Positions 1 through 10,079 of a stretch of DNA of 64,000 bases are shown piece after piece. Each line of letters begins with the position of its first letter. The first letter of the stretch is position 1. Where the stretch lies: the IMG/VR virus record IMGVR_UViG_3300042401_001180; one strand, written 5' to 3'. The notes under the pieces were generated by a model. That model had not been told where the DNA came from, did no database searches, and saw only the letters and a list, made by a program, of their open reading frames with translations. A program made the translations under genes and the position numbers. This DNA comes from a virus. Taxonomy: Duplodnaviria > Heunggongvirae > Uroviricota > Caudoviricetes.

Positions 1-1
1 T

Positions 2-1219
2 GCAAAAAAAATATTAGTAGTTTGTCCCGCATCTTTAAAAATTAATTGGCAACGTGAAATTGAAAATTATTCAGATAGAACCATATATATTGCAGAAGGT
101 AAGAAATTTTCAAATGAACATGATTTTGTTATAATAAATTACGACATATTAAAAAACTTCCATGATCCAAAAAAGGGTGACGAATCAACAATTTTAAATG
201 CAAAGTTTGATTTAGTAATTATGGATGAAGCACATATGATATCTAATCCGCAGGCTCAAAGAACAAAAATAGTTAATGATATTTGTGATAAGGTTGAAAG
301 GGTTTGGTTATTAACAGGAACCCCGATGACATCACGACCAATGAATTACTATAATCTTTTAAGTTTAGTTGAGAGTCCTGTGGCATCTAATTGGATGGCT
401 TATGCGAGAAGGTACTGTAATGGGTTTCAGTTTAGTGTAGGAAAAAGAAAAGTATGGAATGTTACTGGAGCATCTAACTTAGATGAGTTAAGAGAAAGAA
501 CGCAATCTCATATTTTACGAAGATTAAAAGATGAGGTTTTAGATTTACCCGATAAAATTATTACTCCCGTTTATTTGAGATTGAAATCTAAAGACTATGA
601 AGAACTCATGGGTGAATACTATGATTGGTACGATAAAAACCCTGATGAATCAGGATCATTGACAATTCAATTTGGTAAATTGATGAAAGTTAGAAAGATT
701 ATTGCCGAAGAGAAAGTTAAAAACACTATTGAATTAGCTGAAAATATAATTGAACAAGGAAAAAAAGTTATCATATTTACTAATTTTACAGATACCTTAC
801 GAACCATTTATAATCATTTTGGAAAATCTGCCGTTTATTTAGATGGTTCTTGTTCAAAACCTCATCGACAAAAATCTGTGGACGACTTTCAAGAAAATGA
901 CAAAATTAAAGTCTTTGTTGGTAACTTAAAGGCGGCAGGGGTTGGTATTACTTTAACTTCTGCAGAAGCGGTAATAATGAATGACTTATCATTTGTTCCT
1001 GCAGAACATGCACAAGCAGAAGACAGATCACATAGAATCGGACAAAAAAACTCAACCTCTGTTTATTACCCGTTATTTGAAAACACTATAGAGGGGGCAA
1101 TCTATGACATCTTAAATAGAAAGAAAAAAATCATATCAACCGTCATGGGAGACGACTTGATGATTGATGATGCATCATCAATAGAAGAAATGTTAAAAAT
1201 GATTTCTAAAGATAGGTGA
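2..1219 (+). CDS. SNF2-family (SMARCAL1-like) helicase/ATPase, 5'-truncated by the window
   Basis: The frame is open from base 2 (KKILVVCPASLKINWQREI). Motifs DEAH, LTGTP, GVGITLT and QAEDRSHRIGQ are present. Confidence 0.92.
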   Translation, partial: AKKILVVCPASLKINWQREIENYSDRTIYIAEGKKFSNEHDFVIINYDILKNFHDPKKGDESTILNAKFDLVIMDEAHMISNPQAQRTKIVNDICDKVERVWLLTGTPMTSRPMNYYNLLSLVESPVASNWMAYARRYCNGFQFSVGKRKVWNVTGASNLDELRERTQSHILRRLKDEVLDLPDKIITPVYLRLKSKDYEELMGEYYDWYDKNPDESGSLTIQFGKLMKVRKIIAEEKVKNTIELAENIIEQGKKVIIFTNFTDTLRTIYNHFGKSAVYLDGSCSKPHRQKSVDDFQENDKIKVFVGNLKAAGVGITLTSAEAVIMNDLSFVPAEHAQAEDRSHRIGQKNSTSVYYPLFENTIEGAIYDILNRKKKIISTVMGDDLMIDDASSIEEMLKMISKDR

Positions 1220-1230
1220 TATTTATCAAT

Positions 1231-1941
1231 ATGATATTTGATAAAATAAATAAAAAAATAAATCTATTAGAGTCTGAAATCTTATTGGAGTCCCCATTTA
1301 ATCGTAAAATTATTTCGGAAATAAAAAAAATAAGCATAGAAAAATTACCCTATGATTATGATTCTTTAAGTACATTCATAGATGACGAGACTATGAAAAC
1401 CCACTACACTAAACACTATAAGGGGTATGTTGAAAAATTAAATCTTGAGTTAGAGAAAGTATCAGGTAAAGATATGGACATAGAAGAAATAATAAAAAAA
1501 ATATCAAGATTTAATAAAAAAGTTAAAAACAATGGGGGTGGTGCGTTTAATCATGCATTATTTTGGAAAATGTTAACACCTAAAAAAACAACCCTTAAAA
1601 ATCCATTATTGTTTAAGATTGAAAAAACTTTCGATTCTTTCGAGTTATTTAAATATAAGTTTGAAGAGGTTGCAAAAACTAGATTTGGTTCAGGTTGGGT
1701 ATGGTTAATATTAACTAAAAATAATACATTAAAAATTGTAACAACACCAAACCAAGATAACCCATTAATGGATACTGAAAAAAATGGGGGTTACCCGTTA
1801 CTTGGTTTAGATATATGGGAACACGCATATTATTTAAAATATAAAAACGAAAGAGATAAGTATATTCATAACTTTTGGAAAGTTGTAAATTGGGATTTTG
1901 TTTGTGATGTATATGTATCGCAAACAAAAAAGAAGTCTTAA
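1231..1941 (+). CDS. sod: Fe/Mn superoxide dismutase (Mn-type signature) with N-terminal extension
   Basis: Motifs LPYDY, HYTKHY, NNGGGAFNH, FGSGWVWL, NQD and DIWEHAYY. ATG at 1231 lies 4 nt after TATTTAT. Confidence 0.93.
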   Translation: MIFDKINKKINLLESEILLESPFNRKIISEIKKISIEKLPYDYDSLSTFIDDETMKTHYTKHYKGYVEKLNLELEKVSGKDMDIEEIIKKISRFNKKVKNNGGGAFNHALFWKMLTPKKTTLKNPLLFKIEKTFDSFELFKYKFEEVAKTRFGSGWVWLILTKNNTLKIVTTPNQDNPLMDTEKNGGYPLLGLDIWEHAYYLKYKNERDKYIHNFWKVVNWDFVCDVYVSQTKKKS

Positions 1942-1986
1942 TAATTGTATTTTTAAATACAAAGATATTTATATAATAAAACATCT

Positions 1987-3108
1987 ATGGCAACTACCGT
2001 AATTATTACAGAACCAGAAAGAAGTAGGATGTACAAAAGAATTAGAAATCTTTTGGGTGCCCCTCTACGTTCAGTAGAATTAGAGGACGAACAACTTGAT
2101 TCCCTTTTAGAACTTTCAATCGAAGACTACGAACAGGCGGTTCAAGATTGGTTAATAGAGTCCCAATGGGCATCTGTTGCTGGATTAAATGTTGAGGAAC
2201 AATCAATAGCGAGAGCTCTTACAACGAAAGACATGAATTGGGAAACACAATACACCTACGCATATTCAAAGATAGTTGGATTACAGGCTGGAGGTGATTG
2301 GGTTTTAAAAAAAGACTACATAGAATTAGTACCAAACCAACAAATATACGAAATACCTACTTGTAGAGAAGTTAATGAACTTTTATGGTTTAGCCGATCA
2401 GAATTAGACGCTGCGTACTTCGATCCTTTTATGGGTGGTTTTGGTGGTATGGGTGGTGTTGGTTTAGGTGGTGGTGCGGGATTTTCACAAATGGGAAATT
2501 CGGGTAACTATTTTGTAACATCAGCATTTGATATTCTTTTAAGAATGTCTGACATAAATATTAAAAAAAGAATTATAACAGGAGATTTAACCTACAGAAT
2601 AACAGCATTACCTGAAGGTAAAAAGGCGTTACATCTTTATAACGTTCCTGGAGGTAAATTTGATTTTGGTACTATAAAAAATAAAGGATACAAAGTTTGG
2701 TATTGGTATTACGAAACTTGTGATAGAGAGGATTGTTTGGCTAATAATCCTGACGTTATACGACTACCCTCCGATGTTTCGGTTGAAAGATTGAGATGGG
2801 ATAAATTAAATTATCCTGCACAAACTTGGGTTAGAAGATGGTTTACGGCTTATTGTAAAGAAACGTTAGCAAGGGTTCGTGGTAAATTTAGTGGTAACTT
2901 AAAAACTCCCGACTCAGAACTAACCTTAGAATACCAAAGTTTACAAACTGAAGCCAAAGACGAAAAGACAATGTTACAAGAAGAATTAAAAAACCGACTT
3001 GAAAGGATGCGTCCTGAAAAACTTATGGAGGCAAAAGCATTACAAGCAGAAAATCTTAATAAATTATTAAAATTCAGAGCATTCACAAGCCCTTATAACG
3101 TAATATAA
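1987..3108 (+). CDS. Neck/head-completion protein, T4 gp13-like
   Basis: N-terminal LLGAPLRSVELEDEQLD and C-terminal LARVRGKFSG resemble gp13 motifs. A late motif lies upstream. Confidence 0.7.
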   Translation: MATTVIITEPERSRMYKRIRNLLGAPLRSVELEDEQLDSLLELSIEDYEQAVQDWLIESQWASVAGLNVEEQSIARALTTKDMNWETQYTYAYSKIVGLQAGGDWVLKKDYIELVPNQQIYEIPTCREVNELLWFSRSELDAAYFDPFMGGFGGMGGVGLGGGAGFSQMGNSGNYFVTSAFDILLRMSDINIKKRIITGDLTYRITALPEGKKALHLYNVPGGKFDFGTIKNKGYKVWYWYYETCDREDCLANNPDVIRLPSDVSVERLRWDKLNYPAQTWVRRWFTAYCKETLARVRGKFSGNLKTPDSELTLEYQSLQTEAKDEKTMLQEELKNRLERMRPEKLMEAKALQAENLNKLLKFRAFTSPYNVI

Positions 3109-3112
3109 TTTT

Positions 3113-3445
3113 ATGGCAATATTTAAATCACAACCATCGAAAAGAATAATAAATGGAAACGAAATTATAACATCAGATTCTTCCGTTGTTACAAATAAAG
3201 TTTACAAAACTGATGGTGAGTATGTTATAGTCATAAAGGATGTTGATTTTTGTGAACTAACATTAGACGAAAATACTACGGACCACGTAGTAATAAAATC
3301 ATTAACACATGTTTTAGTTAAAACAGATAAACTAATAGATGGTGAATATAATGAAGTTGAACTCGACAAAGGTTCTTGTGTCGAGTTCAAATTTATTGGG
3401 GGTGATTGGTATATTCTTTCTTCTGACGGATTAAAAAACTCTTAG
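3113..3445 (+). CDS. Hypothetical beta-rich protein
   Basis: 110-aa ORF starting 4 nt after the neck gene stop. Confidence 0.75.
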   Translation: MAIFKSQPSKRIINGNEIITSDSSVVTNKVYKTDGEYVIVIKDVDFCELTLDENTTDHVVIKSLTHVLVKTDKLIDGEYNEVELDKGSCVEFKFIGGDWYILSSDGLKNS

Positions 3446-6342
3446 TCAAAGATGTGAGTCATTAAGTCTCCATCTACATCATACTCAAAGAAATCATCTT
3501 CATCAACTTTATCAACTCTTTTGGTTTCAATCATTAATTTATTATTATGATTAACTCTATCCATATCCACTAAATCAATAGTATTATCTATATACATATA
3601 GTACGGATCAATACCTACAGATTGCCAAAAACTAATCTCCATATCCGATAAGGTTAAAACCTCATCTAAATTATCTTGATCCTTTTCTTTCATCGGGAAC
3701 CCTCTACCCATAACTGTTTGTGTTTTAGTAAATATTGGCATATCTTTAGGATCCTCAATTAAAATGTCATTTCTAATCTCAGGACTATACACTACAAGTA
3801 ACGGTTCAATTCTTTTATTAAATGCCGCCAAATATCTTGGTACGTTGTATTCACCTAACAAGTCAGGGTCGTTTTCAATTTCTTTTTCATCAATCATATA
3901 ACAATTCAAAATCACCTCACTTTTCGATAACATTTCAGGTGGTACCGCTCCGTGAATGTTTGTGTAATCTTCTATTTGTTTTTTTGTCATTTTGGTTGTT
4001 TTTCTTTGAACGTCACCGTGAGATTTCTTTTCACCATTATTAACATAATATATTGTATCACCTAATCCAGGATTTTTCCCATTATTAATTAAAAGTTCCA
4101 TATGTGCCTGTCTTGACATTAGACTTCCTGACTTTGTTGTTTTTTTTACGTGAACCTTATAATCATCTATTGATTGTTTAACACGAGCCTTATTTGCTAT
4201 CTTCGCTAAAGGAATTTCTTTATTGTAAATTTTATTAACATATTCGTAATAGAAATCTAAGAACTCACCACCCTTACCATCAAGTAACATTCTTAACCCT
4301 TTATCCAAAAATTCAGCAACGTAGGTTTGGAGTTTTTTAGATTTAATAGAGTTACCTGTAAGTTTAACTTTACCTTTATCTGTAAGTAATGCGTAGTTCT
4401 TACGAGCCACGTTAATGGTTGCCGGCCACACACCGTCAATATCAAGACCCATTTCGTTTCTCATAAACAAATCATTGTACTCTGCAACATCAGCTTCTGC
4501 CCCCACATATTCTTTACCCTCCTTAACCAAACCATTTAACCCTTTACCGATATACGTATATGATTCTATTTCTTTAGGGGTTTCAAAGTTGACGCCATCC
4601 GTGTCCATAACCAAAGGAACATACCCTCTACCCATAAAATACATAATCATCTGACGAAGATACTGTCTACCTGTACAAGTTATCTGTTCACCCATATCAA
4701 TATCACCCCAAGGAAATACGTGAGGAGCGGATAACGAACCAAAGAATGCGTTGATGAATATTTTAATTGGTAACTGTTTTCTATCGTATGAAATTGATGC
4801 TTTTAAGTCTATTGATTTATATTCACCAGCCAAGTTTTTATATTTAATACGAGTATCACGGAAATACTTTAACATACTCTTCATCGCACCTGTAACATCA
4901 CACGCAGGGAAAACATCGTGAACCAACTGAATAGATGGATATAGTGATGAGTAGTCAAGTTTCAATACGTTTCTTGAATAACCAACCTGAACCAAACGAG
5001 AAAGTCCCCCTGTGAATTTTCTTTTTTCTTTCTTTCTAGGTAATGCTAAATTGTTTTTATAAGACCAAGCACACATAATCATTTTCCAAAGTGTTGCTGT
5101 ACCCATTGTTGAAAGTCTTTCGTATGTTGTTGGTACAAGTTTAGAAAGTAGGAAGTTTGCTTGATTAAACTGTTCGTCAACAATCATAGTTTCATATAAG
5201 TCATCATCAAGATAATCCTCAATTATTTTTGAACCATTAGTTTTAAAATAAACATCATCTCTTCTTGAACATATCTCATCTATTTTTTCATTGATTCCAA
5301 CCTTTTTATAATTACCGTTTTCTTTATTCATCCAGTAATCCTCATTGTCAAAATAAATTTTACCGATTTTATCTCCATCGACATAAACACGATTTTCTTT
5401 TTCTGCTTCAATAAATTTGGTAATATACTTCAAAGACCAACTTTTAATGTCTGAGTTGATTGCCTGAGCTCTACGAACTGCATGAGCAATATCAATAATA
5501 TTGTAACCCCACATCTGAGTTTGAACATAAGGCTCCATTTCGTTTGCTAATTTTAGCATTCCGTCTTTTTGTTTTAAAGAGTAATCAGGATTTAAAGTTT
5601 TTGCAATTTTTTTAATGTTTAATTTTAAAATTTCTGCACGTTTTAAAATAAACGGGAAATCAAAGAATGCTGAGTTGTACCCACCGACAAGGGATGGTTT
5701 AAGTTGGTCTATAGTTTCAAAAAACTCAATAATCATTCGTCTCTCTTCATCTTCATTTTGTGCCGATAAAGATTTCATAAAACCACGATTGTCTTTCATC
5801 CCTATCAAGAACATTTTACTTGTTTTGGGGTCTAAACCTGTGGTTTCAATATCAAATACAAACCTGTGAATTTCATCGTATTCGTCAAATCCTTTAAATA
5901 GTCTTTTACTTTTTTGGATGAGGTACTGCTCTACCGGTGTCATAATGGTAATTGCGTCTGAGTTATCTCTATTCCAAGGATCTAAACCACCACCTTTAAA
6001 AAAGTTTACAAGGTTTGAGTAAGACTTTGTTGTTTTAACTAAAAAGGTTAATCCGTTTTTTAATCTTTCATCTCCCCTGTCCTCTAATTTTTCTATGATG
6101 ATGCCGTTTTCAGACATTGCTTTCTTTTGAAACTCCTTATTACCTTTATAGAAGTTTTTATCTTTAAGATCACCAACCCAAGCAAATGGGATAAATGTAT
6201 CCATTCTCAAAAGTTTTCCCTTGATTGGATCTTGTATTACCTTGAAAATTTTATCTGATCTGTAATCGTATTCTAATGCGACAATATATTTCTCGTCGTC
6301 TTCGCCATGTAAAAAGCGTTCAATTTCTTCTTGTGGAACCAT
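3442..6342 (-). CDS. Family B DNA polymerase
   Basis: Exonuclease motifs FDIETTG and GYNSAFFD; polymerase motifs DYSSLYPS, KIFINAFFG, MDTDG and RKNYA. Confidence 0.95.
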   Translation of the reverse strand: MVPQEEIERFLHGEDDEKYIVALEYDYRSDKIFKVIQDPIKGKLLRMDTFIPFAWVGDLKDKNFYKGNKEFQKKAMSENGIIIEKLEDRGDERLKNGLTFLVKTTKSYSNLVNFFKGGGLDPWNRDNSDAITIMTPVEQYLIQKSKRLFKGFDEYDEIHRFVFDIETTGLDPKTSKMFLIGMKDNRGFMKSLSAQNEDEERRMIIEFFETIDQLKPSLVGGYNSAFFDFPFILKRAEILKLNIKKIAKTLNPDYSLKQKDGMLKLANEMEPYVQTQMWGYNIIDIAHAVRRAQAINSDIKSWSLKYITKFIEAEKENRVYVDGDKIGKIYFDNEDYWMNKENGNYKKVGINEKIDEICSRRDDVYFKTNGSKIIEDYLDDDLYETMIVDEQFNQANFLLSKLVPTTYERLSTMGTATLWKMIMCAWSYKNNLALPRKKEKRKFTGGLSRLVQVGYSRNVLKLDYSSLYPSIQLVHDVFPACDVTGAMKSMLKYFRDTRIKYKNLAGEYKSIDLKASISYDRKQLPIKIFINAFFGSLSAPHVFPWGDIDMGEQITCTGRQYLRQMIMYFMGRGYVPLVMDTDGVNFETPKEIESYTYIGKGLNGLVKEGKEYVGAEADVAEYNDLFMRNEMGLDIDGVWPATINVARKNYALLTDKGKVKLTGNSIKSKKLQTYVAEFLDKGLRMLLDGKGGEFLDFYYEYVNKIYNKEIPLAKIANKARVKQSIDDYKVHVKKTTKSGSLMSRQAHMELLINNGKNPGLGDTIYYVNNGEKKSHGDVQRKTTKMTKKQIEDYTNIHGAVPPEMLSKSEVILNCYMIDEKEIENDPDLLGEYNVPRYLAAFNKRIEPLLVVYSPEIRNDILIEDPKDMPIFTKTQTVMGRGFPMKEKDQDNLDEVLTLSDMEISFWQSVGIDPYYMYIDNTIDLVDMDRVNHNNKLMIETKRVDKVDEDDFFEYDVDGDLMTHIFD

Positions 6343-6429
6343 ATTTGTATAATTTAAGTTTGGGTTATTATACTCACAAAATATTTGTGATTTCCCTTAC
6401 CTAATAAATACGATTTAGATGGTGAATTG

Positions 6430-6783
6430 TCAAATGATATTGATATATAAATTTTGTACTATTGGAGCAATTAACTCACCGTTTTCTAATACGATTGAAA
6501 ATTCTCCGATGAATCTTCCCTTTTTATTTGTGTCTCTTGCCAACCATTTATAGTAGATATAATACTCACGATTAGAATCGGGATTTGTTCTTGTTTTTTC
6601 TGTTATGTATGCTGGTCGCATAAATATTTTTTGAATTCCGTTATCTTCACTTTTCATTGAAAATCGGATGTTTGCATTATCTAAAATTTCATAAAAGTTT
6701 TTCCACGAATCAGTTCTTCCGTCTTTTATAACGTCCATTTTTAAAATGGGTAAACTTGCATTTTGTTTTATAAAAAATTCCAT
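6430..6783 (-). CDS. BppU-like Ig-fold structural protein (putative)
   Basis: FFIKQNASLPIL...YKW..DTNKKGRFIGEF pattern resembles BppU N-terminal domains. Confidence 0.55.
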   Translation of the reverse strand: MEFFIKQNASLPILKMDVIKDGRTDSWKNFYEILDNANIRFSMKSEDNGIQKIFMRPAYITEKTRTNPDSNREYYIYYKWLARDTNKKGRFIGEFSIVLENGELIAPIVQNLYINII

Positions 6784-6824
6784 ATATTAAATATTAACAA
6801 TCGTATTGACAAGTTATTATACCA

Positions 6825-7865
6825 TTAATAAACATAACTAGTTAACCCACTAAGATATGTGGATGTTAAATCAACCCAAGTACCACCAGTTATGTTCGGT
6901 GTTAATTTTAAAAATTCATCTATTTGAGCATATGCTTGATATCCGTAATCGGTATTAATAAAATTACCACTACAAAAATATACATCATTAATTGTATGTG
7001 CACTAACTATAGCATTTAAATTATTATAAATAAAATCTCTGGCATTTTGTGTTATTGCCGATGTTGCAGTAACCATTTGTTGTCCTGATGTTTGACCTGT
7101 AAGTGTACTTTTAAAGGGCCAAACAATTTCCAATAACTTATAGAATTCATAATCGTTTGATCCTGAGTAACTACTAATTTGAGGTGCCGAGGTTAACCCT
7201 GTAACCGTATCAATTGCTCCTCTAACCGCTCCACAAGTACTTGAAGGAAACGCCTGACCTTTACGATATATTTCACCAACACCACCAGAAAAAGAAATAC
7301 CAATGTGAGGTGTACTTGAAATAAATAAAGTACCTCCCGATGTTACGTGACTTGCCCATGCATTTAAACCTGCGGTACCAACAAAAGGAAACCCCGCCAA
7401 TCCACCAGACATAAATGGACCTAAAAACACATTCATTGTTGACGGGAAATTACCAATGTTTTGTATTCCCGGAAATGATGGTGCATCAACATCATCGGAA
7501 CATATACCTTCAGCATAAACAATATCATTAACATTAGTCCCTGTAGTTACAGGATACCCTTCAGACGCTAAAAAATTAACGGTATATGACCCCCATTTTT
7601 CAACAAGTGTAGCTCCTGTGTATGTAATGTTTACGGTATTGGTATATGCGGATTGTTGAGGTGCCGGTAATGGAATAGTAAGACTATACGTGTAATTATA
7701 ATCATTTATTAAAATTTGATACTCACCATATGGGTATTCTGTCAAGTAATTAAAAGGTAATGTTTTTGTACCTAAATTAATTGTTCCCCCTGACACGGGT
7801 AAAAAAGTGACACTTCCGGTTTTACCGACTAAATTATTACTTGAAATTCTTGTTCCTATTGCCAT
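6825..7865 (-). CDS. LCIB/theta-type carbonic anhydrase-like domain fused to a small N-terminal beta domain
   Basis: Ordered motifs ICSDD, GGLAGFPFVGTAG..AWASHV, PHIGIS, GEIYRKGQ and STCGA give a Cys-His-Cys zinc set. Confidence 0.8.
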   Translation of the reverse strand: MAIGTRISSNNLVGKTGSVTFLPVSGGTINLGTKTLPFNYLTEYPYGEYQILINDYNYTYSLTIPLPAPQQSAYTNTVNITYTGATLVEKWGSYTVNFLASEGYPVTTGTNVNDIVYAEGICSDDVDAPSFPGIQNIGNFPSTMNVFLGPFMSGGLAGFPFVGTAGLNAWASHVTSGGTLFISSTPHIGISFSGGVGEIYRKGQAFPSSTCGAVRGAIDTVTGLTSAPQISSYSGSNDYEFYKLLEIVWPFKSTLTGQTSGQQMVTATSAITQNARDFIYNNLNAIVSAHTINDVYFCSGNFINTDYGYQAYAQIDEFLKLTPNITGGTWVDLTSTYLSGLTSYVY

Positions 7866-7907
7866 ATCTAATATTTTTATTTAATAAATATCATCATGTT
7901 TATAAGT

Positions 7908-10028
7908 TTATATTAAAAATGAATAATTAGTATCATTAAATGGTAAATACAAATAAATTAAACCATTATTTGGTATGGTAGTATTATATAAATTATTGTT
8001 TGGTATATTTGAGTAGGCTAAAGAATTATCAAGTAATGGTGAATAATATAAATTATTGTTTGGTATAGTTGAGTAAGTTAAAGAATTATCGTTTAACGGA
8101 GTATAAAATAAATTATTATTTGGTATCATTTGATAATTAAAAGAATATAGGGGTAAGCAATCAGGACACCAAAAATCAAATAGATTAAATTTGTTTTTTA
8201 ATACCCTAAAGTTATGTTGCACTTGTGGAGAACTTAAAGGTTCAACATACATTCTAAATTGCGATATACCACCCATAAAAGTCCCACCAAAATTTTGTTC
8301 CAATAAAATGTTTGTTGATAGTCCTGAAAGTGTTGTTGCTGATAAAATATTATTTGGGAATAATTCAGGATCTTGAGTGTAAGGACCATTTGGTAATGAA
8401 CAACCTGAAAAAATCAAATGGTCGTGTAGCCCTTGTGTCCCACCACCAAACGATAAGTTAAAAGGTACCCCTACTTGTTTTTCTTTTTCTGTATTTAATT
8501 CTCTCGGTATGATCTCTTCAAAGTCTTCTATAACTAAAAACAAATAACCATTAACATATAGTTTTAATGTTCCTAACCTATAATCTAATTCATCAAACCA
8601 TTTCCTATCAAAACGTATTTTGTGAATTTTTCTTTCGGGTGTTGATCCTGGATGTGTTTCAGGAGGAGATATTAAATTTATTGATCTACCATCTATTGAT
8701 GATTGTGTCGTAATAACTCTTAAATCATTTAACCCACCAAGATTTAATAAATCACACTCTTCTATTGTTTTATATCTTTCAAAGACCGCACTTATCATTA
8801 CCCATCTTTCCTCATCGGTATCACCACACTCTAAATTACAAATATCATAAATTGGTGGTGTACAATATTCACTAATTGTATAACCTGTTTGAAATGTTAC
8901 TCCCGTTGTTTCACAATACCCTGTAGTTACACAATCACCAGTTATTTTGATGTATCTAACACAAAGACTTGGATTTTCAGGACAACCACTAAACTTTAAC
9001 GACATCGCATTAGATAAAACGTCAAATTTTGGGTCTGTTTCTGGCAGCGGTACGTTTACTGTACTCACACAACCACAATTACAAGAATTATCGTGTATGG
9101 TTTTAGAGCCAGTATCGGGATATACTTTCACACAATCAGAATTTGTAACGGCAGTATTAGAACAACCACATGTTTCAATACAACTTAAATCCCCTGTAAC
9201 CCTTGTATATCCGCTATCTGACTGTGGAGAACCTGTTGCACTATGATAAAATTTATTTTCAGCCCTTGTACCGAAGTAAAAAAAAGTACCCGCATTAGAG
9301 GGGTATTTGTCGTTCAAGTACTCTTGAGTTGCACTATTAATAAAATATTCGTCCGTTATTCTAGGTTTTAAAACCATTTCGGCAGTCCACCCTTTATTTA
9401 CCCTTTCAGGAAAAACTTCGTAATCATATCCATTTAATTTATAAAACCCTTGATAAAATCCTCCATAAAGTTCTTGATAATAACCAATAGTGTCCGCACT
9501 TTTTGAAACAATGTTATATATAGTTTCTTTAGGTCTTCCTGAAAATCTTACGTTTGGCGAATTTACCAAACTTCTAACGGGATGCATTTTGAACCTACTA
9601 TCTCTATAATGTGGATTAAATTTGTAGTTATCGTCAATACCTTTAATATAATATAATGTTTGTCCCGTTAGTCCTGTAAATAATCCGTTATCAGTAGCAA
9701 CTAAACCCACGTCACAAATTCCTGTGTATGCAGTATAACAACTAAAATCTAAATTTTTTGGGTTATAATGGTTAGAAGAAACTAAAGTATTAGACGGTAT
9801 GTAATCCCCAAAAGCTATATTTGATTGTAAAGTATTACCTGAATTGTCTAATTGTATTGATATGGGAAGTCTGTTTCCATCATTAATACCAATAACGTGT
9901 GTTGAAAAAACAACTTCTTCATCATAGTCCCTCTCATCTGAAGCCAAAGTTAAATCAAAATATTGTCCATAATTCAATTTTGATTGGTATCTTGGGTAAT
10001 AATAACTATTTAAATTCTGACTAGGCAT
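7908..10028 (-). CDS. Putative virion protein with LamG/ConA-like fold, Cys-rich inserts and C-terminal repeats
   Basis: Motifs WTAEMVLKP, LKLYVNG and FMGGISQFRMY..PLS..QVQHNF. A late motif lies upstream. Confidence 0.6.
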   Translation of the reverse strand: MPSQNLNSYYYPRYQSKLNYGQYFDLTLASDERDYDEEVVFSTHVIGINDGNRLPISIQLDNSGNTLQSNIAFGDYIPSNTLVSSNHYNPKNLDFSCYTAYTGICDVGLVATDNGLFTGLTGQTLYYIKGIDDNYKFNPHYRDSRFKMHPVRSLVNSPNVRFSGRPKETIYNIVSKSADTIGYYQELYGGFYQGFYKLNGYDYEVFPERVNKGWTAEMVLKPRITDEYFINSATQEYLNDKYPSNAGTFFYFGTRAENKFYHSATGSPQSDSGYTRVTGDLSCIETCGCSNTAVTNSDCVKVYPDTGSKTIHDNSCNCGCVSTVNVPLPETDPKFDVLSNAMSLKFSGCPENPSLCVRYIKITGDCVTTGYCETTGVTFQTGYTISEYCTPPIYDICNLECGDTDEERWVMISAVFERYKTIEECDLLNLGGLNDLRVITTQSSIDGRSINLISPPETHPGSTPERKIHKIRFDRKWFDELDYRLGTLKLYVNGYLFLVIEDFEEIIPRELNTEKEKQVGVPFNLSFGGGTQGLHDHLIFSGCSLPNGPYTQDPELFPNNILSATTLSGLSTNILLEQNFGGTFMGGISQFRMYVEPLSSPQVQHNFRVLKNKFNLFDFWCPDCLPLYSFNYQMIPNNNLFYTPLNDNSLTYSTIPNNNLYYSPLLDNSLAYSNIPNNNLYNTTIPNNGLIYLYLPFNDTNYSFLI
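7950..8145 (-). repeat. Degenerate 60-bp (2 x 30-bp) coding tandem repeat, about 3 units
   Basis: AAATTATTRTTTGGTAT recurs at 7990, 8050 and 8110. It encodes (YSxIPNNNLY-YxPLxDNSLx)n. Confidence 0.85.
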
Positions 10029-10039
10029 TCTTTTTTAAG

Positions 10040-10065
10040 ATAAATACTTTGTTGTGAGTATTTAT
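10040..10065. promoter_or_regulatory. Back-to-back pair of putative late promoters (TATTTAT on each strand)
   Basis: Inverted repeat ATAAATACT-N8-AGTATTTAT between divergent starts at 10028 (-) and 10080 (+). Confidence 0.7.
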
Positions 10066-10079
10066 AGGTAAAAGAGTTT

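Noticed and set aside
3442-6342. Intein or intron in the DNA polymerase (also considered for terminase and helicase)
   Set aside because: The frames are continuous, with no C...HN splice motifs or LAGLIDADG blocks.
7950-8145. DGR template/variable repeat pair
   Set aside because: The repeats are tandem, differences are not clearly adenine-specific, and no reverse transcriptase is in the window.
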